From: Acidobacteriota bacterium
Lineage (GTDB): Bacteria > Acidobacteriota > CAIWXX01
DNA length: 64,000 nucleotides
NCBI GenBank assembly: GCA_040755995.1
Contig: JBFMAF010000035.1
Coordinates: 192,001-256,000 of the forward strand
Direction: 5' to 3'
Positions 30,016 to 39,105 of the stretch are shown here, piece by piece; position 1 is the stretch's first letter, and each line of letters opens with the position of its first letter. Under the pieces are notes generated by a model, which searched no databases, was not told where the DNA came from, and was given only the letters and a program-made list of their open reading frames with translations. A program made the position numbers and the translations under genes.

Positions 30016-30672
30016 ATGAGAACTCAGGTCTCATTCGTGATGGCGCTTCTGTTGAGCAGCGCGTTGGCAACCGCCAGCACGGCGGGCTGGATGAGCCAGC
30101 AGATCGTTGTGAGCGAGGGGGGTCTGGCCATCATCCTCACTCAGACCTGCGATTTCAAGGACCCGGACCAGACGACGATCCACCATTCGGCCAGGTGCAT
30201 CGACCTGATGGGCGGCGTCGTCTGGGAGAAGAAGCTCGAGGATCTGAACGACTATTCAGTCTACTCCGCCCATATCGACGGGAACCAGCTCGTGATTGCC
30301 TCCGGGTCCGGGGTCGTATGGCCCACGCTCAGCCGTGACGATCGGGATCCCAATACGGATTTCAAGGTCGTCGGCCTGAACAGTCTAACGGGGGAGCCCC
30401 TTAGGTCTGTGACTATTCAGGGGTATCTCATTGATGCGAAACCGAGCTCGATAGGGGTGGAATACGTTCAGTACGGCGAGATGAAATCCGACAAGACGTT
30501 ATACCATCTTGCGGCAATCCTTCGGACAGGCGAAGTCCTCTGGGATATGGTGACCGGTGAGCAAGGCTTGGGCGCGCCGCCGGGGAGGCGCGGAGCAGCC
30601 GCCCTTGGTTCGGACGCTCGGCCGGGGACTCAATCGAACTCCGATAGCGGTCCCACATCCGGATCGAGGTAG
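30016..30672 (+). CDS. Secreted hypothetical protein
   Basis: AGAGG RBS, signal peptide MRTQVSFVMALLLSSALATA. Confidence 0.6.
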   Translation: MRTQVSFVMALLLSSALATASTAGWMSQQIVVSEGGLAIILTQTCDFKDPDQTTIHHSARCIDLMGGVVWEKKLEDLNDYSVYSAHIDGNQLVIASGSGVVWPTLSRDDRDPNTDFKVVGLNSLTGEPLRSVTIQGYLIDAKPSSIGVEYVQYGEMKSDKTLYHLAAILRTGEVLWDMVTGEQGLGAPPGRRGAAALGSDARPGTQSNSDSGPTSGSR

Positions 30673-30681
30673 GCCGCAGCG

Positions 30682-32679
30682 ATGGTGAGTCCACCGCCCC
30701 GCCTCCTATGGGCACTCGCTGCCCTTTGCGCGTGCCTGCCGGCGGCCGGAGCCGAGCCTGACGTTGTGGGGTTCCCGAGCAACGTGTGCGCTGTCCGCGT
30801 GGTCGGCGACTATGCTTACTGTGCTGCCGACCCTGGCCTTCTGATCTACGATCTGTCGACACCGGCGAGACCGCGGCTGTGCTCGCAGCTTCTGCTGGGC
30901 GACAGCGGCAGTTTCAGAATCGCGGTCTCCGGCGACCACGTGTATGTTCTTGCCGGGGCCGTCTATCTCGAGCGGTCGTACATCCACGTGATCGACATAC
31001 AGGATCCGAACAGACCGCGGAGGGTGTCGACTTACTCGGACTTGGGGCCCGCGCACCCCCGCGACATCGCTGCCGGCGCAACACATCTGTTCGTTGCGAA
31101 TGCCAATCACGTAGATGTCCTCGACGCGACGAGACCGGAGAATCTCGTCAGGTTGTATCGAGTCGACGTCACCGATCGCCCGCTTGCCGTCACCTCACTG
31201 GTGCTTCGCGGCACCATGTTGTTCGCGAGCTGGACAGGGATCGCCGAGGGCGGCGTGGTGTCACTGGATGTCGCGCGCCCAGGCGGGCCGCTGCGCGTCG
31301 GGGAATTCGCGACCGACGGCGCGGTTGACATGATGGTCGGGCAAACGGACACGCTATATCTCGGCTCTTCTCCGCAAGGGCTCTCGATTCTGGACGCCGG
31401 CGATCCGAAGAGCATCACCCTAGTCAAGAGGATCTCGTACGGAAACCGAATCGTGCAGGCGCTCTTCGCAGGCGATGGGTATCTGTTCGTCGAAGCGGCT
31501 GATCTGGCCAACGCCGTGAAGACGCTCTGTGTCTACGACGTCAAGTCTTCTCAGTCCCCGATCGTCCTGGGGCGTTCCCGATGTTCGGGCAGCGTTCGAG
31601 GCATGGATTTCGACAGCGCACGGTTGAGGGCAATCATGCCGTGGTACACCGTCTCGGGCAATGGGCTGGCGGTGGCGGAGCTGGGCGAGGACGGATCGCT
31701 CCAGCCGATAGGCCAGACGCTCGAGCCTTCGATCGCGGACGTGGTGATATCGAATGGGACAACCTTCCTTGCAGCTTCGAACTCGTTGGTTGCCGCCAGG
31801 GTCGATCCGGCCGGGAATGTGGATGTGCTGGGAAGCCTCACGTTCTCCCAAGGAGCTGTTCGAATCAAGATTGTCGGCAGCAGTGCCTACGTGACGACCC
31901 ACCGCGGGGAGCAACCCCTGCGGCCGCAACTCCAGATCGTTGACATCGCCGATCCAGGCCGCATGCGCCTCCTGAGATCTGTGCCGCTCGACTCACTGGC
32001 CGGGGATGACTCTTCGTGGTACTCCGGCATGTTCGATGTCGACGGCGAACTGCTCTACTTCCCGCACGCCCGTGGGCTGTCGATCTTCGATGTCTCTGAT
32101 CCGTCGAGTATCGAGCCGCTGGGCCTGCTGCCGACGCAGGACCCAGCAGAACATGTCTCCGTCGAAGGCGATCGTGCTTACGTCGCCGCGGTGCACCTCA
32201 ACCCGGACTCGCTGATCAAGAGAATCGACCTCTATGTCGTCAACGTGAGTCATCCAGGCAGCCCGGCGCTGGTCGGGAAGCTGCTCGGTCTCACCCGCGC
32301 AGACTTCACCAACGACATCGAAGTCGAGAGCGGTTACGTGTACCAGCTCGTGGCGGGCCCGGGCTATGGGCTGGGCGTCGTGGGGGACGGACGCATGCTG
32401 ATCACCGACGTTCGCGAGCCGGGCACACCGGTGCTCGCCTCGGAGGTCCCGACGAGCCCCACCAGAAACGGATATGCGATGAGGCTCTGCGTGCGAGGCC
32501 ATTTGGTCTATGTGGCCGACGGACTGGAGGGAGTGAGCGTCTGGTCGGTTGGCGACCGGTCTCACCCGCAGTTTCTGCGAAGCCAGCAGACTCCGGGTTT
32601 TGCCATGGCTGTGTGGGTCGACCAGAACAGACGGGTCCATGCAGCGGATTCGAGCAGCTACCTGAGATGGAAACGGTGA
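30682..32679 (+). CDS. Secreted LVIVD-repeat beta-propeller protein
   Basis: Repeated V.GD.AY.A...GL.I.D.S.P..P units. Confidence 0.85.
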   Translation: MVSPPPRLLWALAALCACLPAAGAEPDVVGFPSNVCAVRVVGDYAYCAADPGLLIYDLSTPARPRLCSQLLLGDSGSFRIAVSGDHVYVLAGAVYLERSYIHVIDIQDPNRPRRVSTYSDLGPAHPRDIAAGATHLFVANANHVDVLDATRPENLVRLYRVDVTDRPLAVTSLVLRGTMLFASWTGIAEGGVVSLDVARPGGPLRVGEFATDGAVDMMVGQTDTLYLGSSPQGLSILDAGDPKSITLVKRISYGNRIVQALFAGDGYLFVEAADLANAVKTLCVYDVKSSQSPIVLGRSRCSGSVRGMDFDSARLRAIMPWYTVSGNGLAVAELGEDGSLQPIGQTLEPSIADVVISNGTTFLAASNSLVAARVDPAGNVDVLGSLTFSQGAVRIKIVGSSAYVTTHRGEQPLRPQLQIVDIADPGRMRLLRSVPLDSLAGDDSSWYSGMFDVDGELLYFPHARGLSIFDVSDPSSIEPLGLLPTQDPAEHVSVEGDRAYVAAVHLNPDSLIKRIDLYVVNVSHPGSPALVGKLLGLTRADFTNDIEVESGYVYQLVAGPGYGLGVVGDGRMLITDVREPGTPVLASEVPTSPTRNGYAMRLCVRGHLVYVADGLEGVSVWSVGDRSHPQFLRSQQTPGFAMAVWVDQNRRVHAADSSSYLRWKR

Positions 32680-32694
32680 GCTTCGTCGCCGCCC

Positions 32695-33306
32695 GTGCCG
32701 GCGGCCATCCAGGGCGACGCTAGCTCATCGACGAACCCCCATGTTGCAGATGCGGGAGTCTGCTCGGACCCATTGTACGACCTGGCTGCTCCTGCTGCTC
32801 CGGAAGACCGCATCTATGCCGCCTATGAGGACATCGGGCTTTGGCGCAGCAACAATGGGGGAGGCAGCTGGAAGCAGCTCTTCTGGTACATAGATGGAAG
32901 CCCCGGTTTCAGCGACGGCTGTTCGGGAATCCACGTGAATCCGGCCGATGGGAACGAATTGTATGGAGTCGCTTCCAGTTGGTCCGAGGGCCTGAGGGAA
33001 GATGACTCGGGGTCCGCGTTGCTGCATTCCACCGATGGCGGTTTGAGCTGGGTGGATCTTACTCGGGCTATCGCAGGCGGCGGCGGAAGGGGCACTGCCG
33101 CTGTGGACTTTTCACGGCCGGAGTCCTCGCGACTGATTCTGTTCGCGCAGCACGGCGGGACTTTGCACCGAAACACGTGGAATCGACTACCTCTCAGTCT
33201 GCCGCACACGGGGATCTATTCGCTGTCGATTCCACCCTGGGGTGCAAGCCGCATTCTCATTGGGACGCGCGGGGGCGGAATCACAACCTCCAGAATTCCA
33301 GACTGA
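32695..33306 (+). pseudogene. BNR/Asp-box repeat protein fragment
   Basis: LWRSNNGGGSW, LHSTDGGLSW; no signal peptide or RBS; too short for a full propeller. Confidence 0.5.
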
Positions 33307-33347
33307 GACTTCTAACAAGCCTGGGCCTCAGACCCACGAGGTTCTCT

Positions 33348-33438
33348 CGTACCCGTACCCAGGCCGGGGCCGGTGCCCGCACCCGTGCCCGTACCCGATT
33401 GGGACGAGCATCGGGAAGGGGTACGGGAGCGGGTACGC
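33348..33438. repeat. Hexamer-based imperfect palindrome (REP-like), copy C
   Basis: cgTACCCG TACCC...TGCCCG CACCCG TGCCCG TACCCGat ... atCGGGAA GGGGTA CGGGAG CGGGTAcg. Confidence 0.75.
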
Positions 33439-33715
33439 GCCCCCGTTGCGCGGCCCATGACGTGACACGCGGATTCGATGCCAGGCGTAAGCTGCTTATT
33501 TTGCGACATCTCGTGGGTGGCTGCGTCGTCAAACGCAGCAGCGTTCGGCAGTAAGCGGGTGACGCGGAGGTGCGAAAGGAGTAGAATACCTGCGGCATGG
33601 AAGACATCGGCTCGGCGATCCGTCTTCGGCCTCATTGATGCTACTAGCCGCCGGATCGCAACAGTGGATCACACACCTCTCTGGTAGCGGAGCCGGCGCA
33701 CGACTGCGCACAGCG

Positions 33716-36682
33716 ATGTGTGGTGCGGATCACGCCGCAGATCGTGGCGCAAGAGCCGGCGTCTCCTCGTTGTTGTGCGCGCTCATGCTGTACGCAACGC
33801 CACTCGCCGCACTCGATCCTCAGAAGGCCATCACACAGTACGGCCTCGATCGGTGGACTCGATCCGACGGCCTGCCCTCGAACACAGTCAATGCCATTCT
33901 GCAGGCAAGCGATGGCTACCTCTGGATCGGAACTGAAGAAGGCCTGGCCCGCTTCGACGGCGTGCGGTTCCAGGTCTTTGATTCGAGGAACACAGAAGCG
34001 CTGACTGAACATTACGCAAGGAGTCTCTTCGAGGATCGAGACCGCACACTTTGGATCGCGACTCCCAACTACCTGGTGTCCTGGCGAGACGGACGATGGA
34101 GCCGTCAGCCGCTGCCGGAGGCCTACTCGGGCCTGAAGAGACTCACTTTCTACCAGTCGCACGACGGACGCATTTGGGTCGGGGGCAGCAGTAGCGTCGG
34201 CACGCTTGCCGGTGGCGCCATCACCGAGCTCAGGGACACGAAAGGTGCGTCTCTGCGTGGGTCGAGGGCGATCTTCGAGACGACAGATGGCATTTGGTTT
34301 GGGTCGGCGGGCCTTTCGCTGATGAAGGCCGGGGTGCTTTCGACCGTCTGCCCTTCCGTCGCCGGAGTTCGGCTGCAGTGCGCGGTGGCTGACCGGACCG
34401 GCACGATCTGGTTCGGCACCTCCGGCGGTGGGTTGGGACGCTACATCGACGGCCAGTGCTCATACCTGACTGCTCGCGACGGCCTCTCCGGCAGTGCGAT
34501 CACTACGCTTCACCTCGATCGCGACGGAAGCCTGTGGATCGGTCCGATCAACGGCAGCTTGCAGCGATACCGCGACGGCCGGCTGGAGGCTCTCGGCGAG
34601 GACGAGTTGCATAGCAACCAGATCATGAGTCTGTGCGAGGACGGCGAGGGAAACATCTGGATCGGCACTAACGGAGGCGGCCTCGGCCGTCTGCGCGACG
34701 GGAAGTGCACGACGTTCTCGAATCGGGAAGGATTGGGGGGTGCGTATGTGCAGGCCATCGCTGAGGGGGCCGATGGAACCTTGTGGGTTGGCACCGCGGA
34801 TGGAGGTCTCAGCCGGATCAACGACCGGACCGTGACGGCCCGTTACACGGTGAAGGACGGCCTTGCGAGCAACTACGTGACGTGTCTCTGGAGAGACCAC
34901 GACGGAACGCTCTGGATAGGTACCGACGGAGGACTGAATCGCATGTCCGAAGGCCGGATCCGGACGGGTCCGGCCGGAGCCGGCGCAGCAGGCTCGATCT
35001 TCCTATCGATCTTCGAAGACCGCGAGGGCGTGCTGTGGATGGGTACGACCAAGGGCCTGTTCGAGTACCGAGACGGAGTGGCGACGCTGTCGCACGGGAT
35101 CACCGACATCCCGGGCTGTATCGCCCAGGACCGCAGTGGGCGACTCTGGGTCGGCACGGCCGGCGGCGGCTTGAGGTGCATTTCCGGAGGGGCACTCCAC
35201 TCCTACGCTACGAAAGACGGGCTGGGCAGCAATATCGTCACGTGCCTGTATGAGGACGAAGCAGGCGCGATCTGGATCGGGACAGGGGGCGGGGGACTCA
35301 CACGCTTTCGCGCCGGCCGGCTTGCGAGTGTCACGACGCGCCAAGGGCTGTTCGCCGACATGATTCTCAGCATCCTGCCGGACGCCCATGGGAACCTCTG
35401 GATGAGCACCAACAACGGGATCTTCTGCGCGCGCAAGAGCGATCTGGATCGATGCGCCGACGGTGGAGCTGAGCGTTTGTCTTGCATGTCGTTCGATGAG
35501 TCGGACGGGATGAGGAATCGGGAGTGCTTCGGGCTCGTGCAGACGCCTGCTGTGAGAGCCCGCGATGGCGTCTTATGGTTTGCCACTGTAGACGGCGCCG
35601 TCCGGATCGACCCCGAGCGGCTCCCATCAGAGTCGTCACCGCTTCCCATTCACATAGAGCAGATGATCGTCAACGACAAGCTCGTGGGCGACAGCATGGG
35701 CGGCAGCAGCGGGTTCCCCTCCGCGCTTTCCCCCGGGAGCAGCCGTGTCGAGATCGCCTACACGGGACTCCTGTTTGCTGATCCGGCGGGAGTACGGTTC
35801 CGCTACAGACTGGAAGGTCTCGATGACGGTTGGGTTGAGGGAAAGAATCGGCGCCAGGCCTTCTACACGAATGTGCCCCCGGGGCGGTACACTTTTCGAG
35901 TGACCGCCGCACGCCGGGACGGCGCTTGGACCGACTCGGGCGACTCGATCAGTTTTCGCATCCTCCCCCATTTCTACGAAACGACCTGGTTCTACGCCCT
36001 GGTGGCGATGATGATGCTGGGGGCGGCGTATGGAGGATACCGCTATCGGCTGCAGACGCTGCTGGAGCTCGAGCGTGTGCGAACGCGCATCGCCGCCGAT
36101 CTGCATGACGATATCGGGATCGGCTTGACGCACATCACCATCATCAGCGAGCTCATCCACACGCAGCTCCGGAACACGCAGCGCGAAGCAGCGGAGCTCG
36201 CCTCGCAGACAGCCGATACCGCGCGCGGCCTCGTGGATTCCCTAACAGATGTGGTCTGGGCCATTGATCCGAAGATGGACCGTGTCGAGAACCTGCTCAT
36301 CAGAATCCGTCAATTCGCTTCGACGGTCCTGGAAGCCAAGGGCATCCGCTTCCAGATGCGGGCGCCCGAGACCCTGGCAGGGACAAGGCTCCGGGCCGAC
36401 GTCCGGCGTCAGGTCCTGCTCACCTGCAAGGAAGCCGTCAACAACATCGTCAGGCATGCAGCATGTTCCTCCGTCACGTTGGACCTGGCTGTCCGCGACG
36501 GGCACATCACGGGCGAGATCGTCGACGATGGGCAGGGATTCGACACAGAAAACTACGTCCCAAAAGGTAGCGGCCGAGGCCTGACAAGCATGCGCGAGCG
36601 AGTGGCGCGACTGGGTGGCTCCCTCACCTTCGCTTCGCAGCCAGGACGCGGAACACGAGTGGTCTTTTCGATCCCGCTTTAG
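33716..36682 (+). CDS. Sensor histidine kinase with regulator propeller and Y_Y_Y domains, HisKA_3 type
   Basis: LDPQKAITQY, propeller blades, YTNVPPGRYTFRV, RIAADLHDDIG, KEAVNNIVRHA, DDGQGF, GRGLTSMRER; start uncertain (33635-33785). Confidence 0.92.
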   Translation: MCGADHAADRGARAGVSSLLCALMLYATPLAALDPQKAITQYGLDRWTRSDGLPSNTVNAILQASDGYLWIGTEEGLARFDGVRFQVFDSRNTEALTEHYARSLFEDRDRTLWIATPNYLVSWRDGRWSRQPLPEAYSGLKRLTFYQSHDGRIWVGGSSSVGTLAGGAITELRDTKGASLRGSRAIFETTDGIWFGSAGLSLMKAGVLSTVCPSVAGVRLQCAVADRTGTIWFGTSGGGLGRYIDGQCSYLTARDGLSGSAITTLHLDRDGSLWIGPINGSLQRYRDGRLEALGEDELHSNQIMSLCEDGEGNIWIGTNGGGLGRLRDGKCTTFSNREGLGGAYVQAIAEGADGTLWVGTADGGLSRINDRTVTARYTVKDGLASNYVTCLWRDHDGTLWIGTDGGLNRMSEGRIRTGPAGAGAAGSIFLSIFEDREGVLWMGTTKGLFEYRDGVATLSHGITDIPGCIAQDRSGRLWVGTAGGGLRCISGGALHSYATKDGLGSNIVTCLYEDEAGAIWIGTGGGGLTRFRAGRLASVTTRQGLFADMILSILPDAHGNLWMSTNNGIFCARKSDLDRCADGGAERLSCMSFDESDGMRNRECFGLVQTPAVRARDGVLWFATVDGAVRIDPERLPSESSPLPIHIEQMIVNDKLVGDSMGGSSGFPSALSPGSSRVEIAYTGLLFADPAGVRFRYRLEGLDDGWVEGKNRRQAFYTNVPPGRYTFRVTAARRDGAWTDSGDSISFRILPHFYETTWFYALVAMMMLGAAYGGYRYRLQTLLELERVRTRIAADLHDDIGIGLTHITIISELIHTQLRNTQREAAELASQTADTARGLVDSLTDVVWAIDPKMDRVENLLIRIRQFASTVLEAKGIRFQMRAPETLAGTRLRADVRRQVLLTCKEAVNNIVRHAACSSVTLDLAVRDGHITGEIVDDGQGFDTENYVPKGSGRGLTSMRERVARLGGSLTFASQPGRGTRVVFSIPL

Positions 36683-36928
36683 CTACTCAGCCTGAGACCC
36701 CCCACCCTCCTCTGGTATCCACGCAAACGACGGTGGCCCCGAAATTGCCCCCACGACCCAATCGTGGTCACTTCGCTCCCGGCTGCGGGAATTTGACTCA
36801 ATCGCAACACTTTTTTCGCCTCAAGCCATTCTAGCGGCGTGCTGCGACTGCACCGGCGAATCCCCTGCCGAAACGATCATGAGAGAATCGCGAAAGGAGC
36901 AAGAAGGAGGTAGTCGCAGAAGAGAGTA

Positions 36929-37330
36929 TTGCTCGGAGGCATTCTCGGAGGCATCGCAATGTTTGTCTGGGGCGCCGTGTCACACAATGGTGCTCCCTGG
37001 TGGGGCGTCGGCGGCGGCGCCCGCTCAGCCGTCACCCGCGCGAGCACTCTCAGACCCGGCCCAGTCGTCGTTCCAAACCCGGTCACCGAACTTCCCCTGC
37101 AGACCAAGGGCGCCTTCACCGACACGTATGTCGCTGGCAATGTGGGCGCCGGGATTCTCAACCGATTTTCAGTCACGTTCGACTACAGCCGCCAACTGAT
37201 GATCCTCGAACCGAATGCCCACCACGACGTCGCGGACGATTTTGACCGCGCAGGCATGTGGATCAATCTGGACGGTAGTTTCTTCAGTGTCGTGGACATC
37301 ACCGCCGGCAGCCCCGCGGCTGAGGCTTGA
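36929..37330 (+). pseudogene. Chimeric remnant: N-terminus of a membrane protein joined to an aspartyl-protease/PDZ fragment
   Basis: LGGILGGIAMFVWGAVSH joined to GVGGG...AGNVGAGILNRFSVTFDYSRQLMILEPN...DRAGMWI...VVDITAGSPAAEA*; lacks catalytic DTG and most of the PDZ. Confidence 0.6.
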
Positions 37331-37394
37331 CCACATGCTGAGTCGCACACTCGAGGAGAACAGGTGAAACCTCCGGATGCTGGTTGGTGTATCA

Positions 37395-37587
37395 AGAGGT
37401 TGCACTCCCACCTGCCTCCAGCGTCAGTGCTCTTCCACACGCACGCGCTGTCGCTGCTACCGATGTAGAGGATGTCCGGCATGCTCGGGTCAGCCTCGAT
37501 ATCCAGGATCGTCCCATGCTCCACTGGTTCCGGGAGTCTGCGCCAGCTTGCCCCGCCATCCGTGCTTCTCAGGATCGACGACGACAT
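37395..37587 (-). pseudogene. BNR/Asp-box repeat fragment
   Basis: ILRSTDGGASW...DPSMPDILYIG....VWKSTDAGGRW; only two boxes; boundaries approximate. Confidence 0.55.
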
Positions 37588-37627
37588 CCTTGACTTATCG
37601 TTGCTCGGCCACTAGATTCAGCGGTAC

Positions 37628-38992
37628 ATGAGAGATAGCACTGAGCTGCAAGGCCCCACGTGCAGGCCCGCATGTCGCAGTTGCACCAGCTACCGTCCCG
37701 CCGCTTCACGGGCTACCGTGCTTCGCGCCGTGCGCGCCGTGCGCGCCGGCACGCTTGTCCTCATCGTTCTTTCGGCTGCTGCCGCCGCGGCAGACGACGA
37801 CTCCAAGCGTCTCAGACTCCGCGGGCTCCTGGACTTCCGGATCGGCGCCACCGACAAGACCGAGAGCTGGCTCGACGGTGGGCTCGGGAAGCTGCGCTAC
37901 GGCGGCGATGGGCGCGCCAGTGGGGCGCTGGCACGGCTCTCACAGTGCTCCATCCTGTTCTCGTTGCGTGCGAATGACTCCACATCCGTCCGCGCTCAGG
38001 TCAACATCGACGCCGACCCACGGAGCTACGATCTCGGGAGCCGCATCCAGCCCATTGAGGCGTACCTGAGTTACAGACCGGTGCTCTCGCCGTACCTCCG
38101 CCTGAAGACCCGCGCCGGTCTCTTCTTCCCTGAGATCTCGCTGGAGAACACCGGGCCGGGCTGGACGACTCCGTACACGATCACGCCGTCGGCCGCCAAC
38201 AGCTGGATCGGCGAGGAGGTAAGGACGATCGGGGCGGAGGCCTCTCTCGTGGGCGGATACCTCAGCAACGAATTCACATTCACGTTCGCCGCATACGGCT
38301 ACAACGATCCGGCGGGCGTCCTGCTGGCCTGGCGCGGGTGGGCGATCCATGATCGGCAGACCGGCGCCTGGGAACGCCTCCCGCTCATACGCCCCGCACT
38401 CTACTCGCGCCGAGGCCACCTGCCTGCCTACGCCACGCCGTTCGACCCCTTCAGAGAGATCGACGGGAGAGTTGGATGGTACTCTTCGGCACGCTGGAAG
38501 AGCGGCGGATGGCTCGACACAAACTACTTCTACTACGACAATCGAGCCGATCCTCTCGCATTCGACGGCTCGCAGTATGCGTGGCACACGCGATTCTCGA
38601 ACCTGGGCGTTCACCTCTCGACGCCAGGCAACCTCGATCTCCTCGGGCAGAGCATGTGGGGATGGACCATGATGGGAGGGCCGACGCCTCGTGTCTATAC
38701 TGGATTCTATGCTAACTACGTCATGCTCAGCCAGACCTGGGGCCCATCCCGTTTTTCCATACGCTTCGACCGCTTCTGGAACACAGACCTGGATCATCGG
38801 GGTCCTTCAGACGATAACGGCGAGTCCGGAACGGGCTGGACCGGAGCGATGATCGTCAACACTACCGAGCACAACAGAATCGCCGTCGAGCTGATCCATC
38901 TGCGCAGCCGCAGGCCGGAACGCGATTCGCAAGATCTTCCCGTGGAGGCAGCCGAGGTACTGGTCCAGCTCAGCTTTCGTATTCTGATATAG
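37628..38992 (+). CDS. Probable outer-membrane beta-barrel protein (hypothetical)
   Basis: Signal peptide, SWLDGGLGKLRY, FFPEISLEN.GPGWTTPYTITPSAANSWIGEE, amphipathic strands, C-terminal VQLSFRILI; start uncertain. Confidence 0.75.
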   Translation: MRDSTELQGPTCRPACRSCTSYRPAASRATVLRAVRAVRAGTLVLIVLSAAAAAADDDSKRLRLRGLLDFRIGATDKTESWLDGGLGKLRYGGDGRASGALARLSQCSILFSLRANDSTSVRAQVNIDADPRSYDLGSRIQPIEAYLSYRPVLSPYLRLKTRAGLFFPEISLENTGPGWTTPYTITPSAANSWIGEEVRTIGAEASLVGGYLSNEFTFTFAAYGYNDPAGVLLAWRGWAIHDRQTGAWERLPLIRPALYSRRGHLPAYATPFDPFREIDGRVGWYSSARWKSGGWLDTNYFYYDNRADPLAFDGSQYAWHTRFSNLGVHLSTPGNLDLLGQSMWGWTMMGGPTPRVYTGFYANYVMLSQTWGPSRFSIRFDRFWNTDLDHRGPSDDNGESGTGWTGAMIVNTTEHNRIAVELIHLRSRRPERDSQDLPVEAAEVLVQLSFRILI

Positions 38993-39023
38993 CGAGACCG
39001 CCCTCAGAGTGACAGGCTCCTGA

Positions 39024-39096
39024 CGTACCCGTACGCAGGCTCAAGGCCGGTACGCGCACCCGTACGGGCCGGGGCCGCGTTCGGGAACGGGTACGG
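39024..39096. repeat. Hexamer-based imperfect palindrome (REP-like), copy D, between convergent genes
   Basis: cgTACCCG TACGCA ... TACGCG CACCCG tacg ... ttCGGGAA CGGGTAcgg. Confidence 0.65.
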
Positions 39097-39105
39097 TTTC
39101 CGTTC

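Noticed and set aside
29944..33306. Three consecutive ORFs in the same frame separated by single TAG and TGA stops (possible readthrough or recoding)
   Set aside because: The LVIVD gene has its own signal peptide, no Sec/Pyl context is evident, other genes end normally at TAG/TGA, and a shared frame has a 1-in-9 chance
33348..33438. Hexamer repeats as a CRISPR array
   Set aside because: No constant 23-47 nt repeat with regular spacers and no cas genes; the same holds for the other copies
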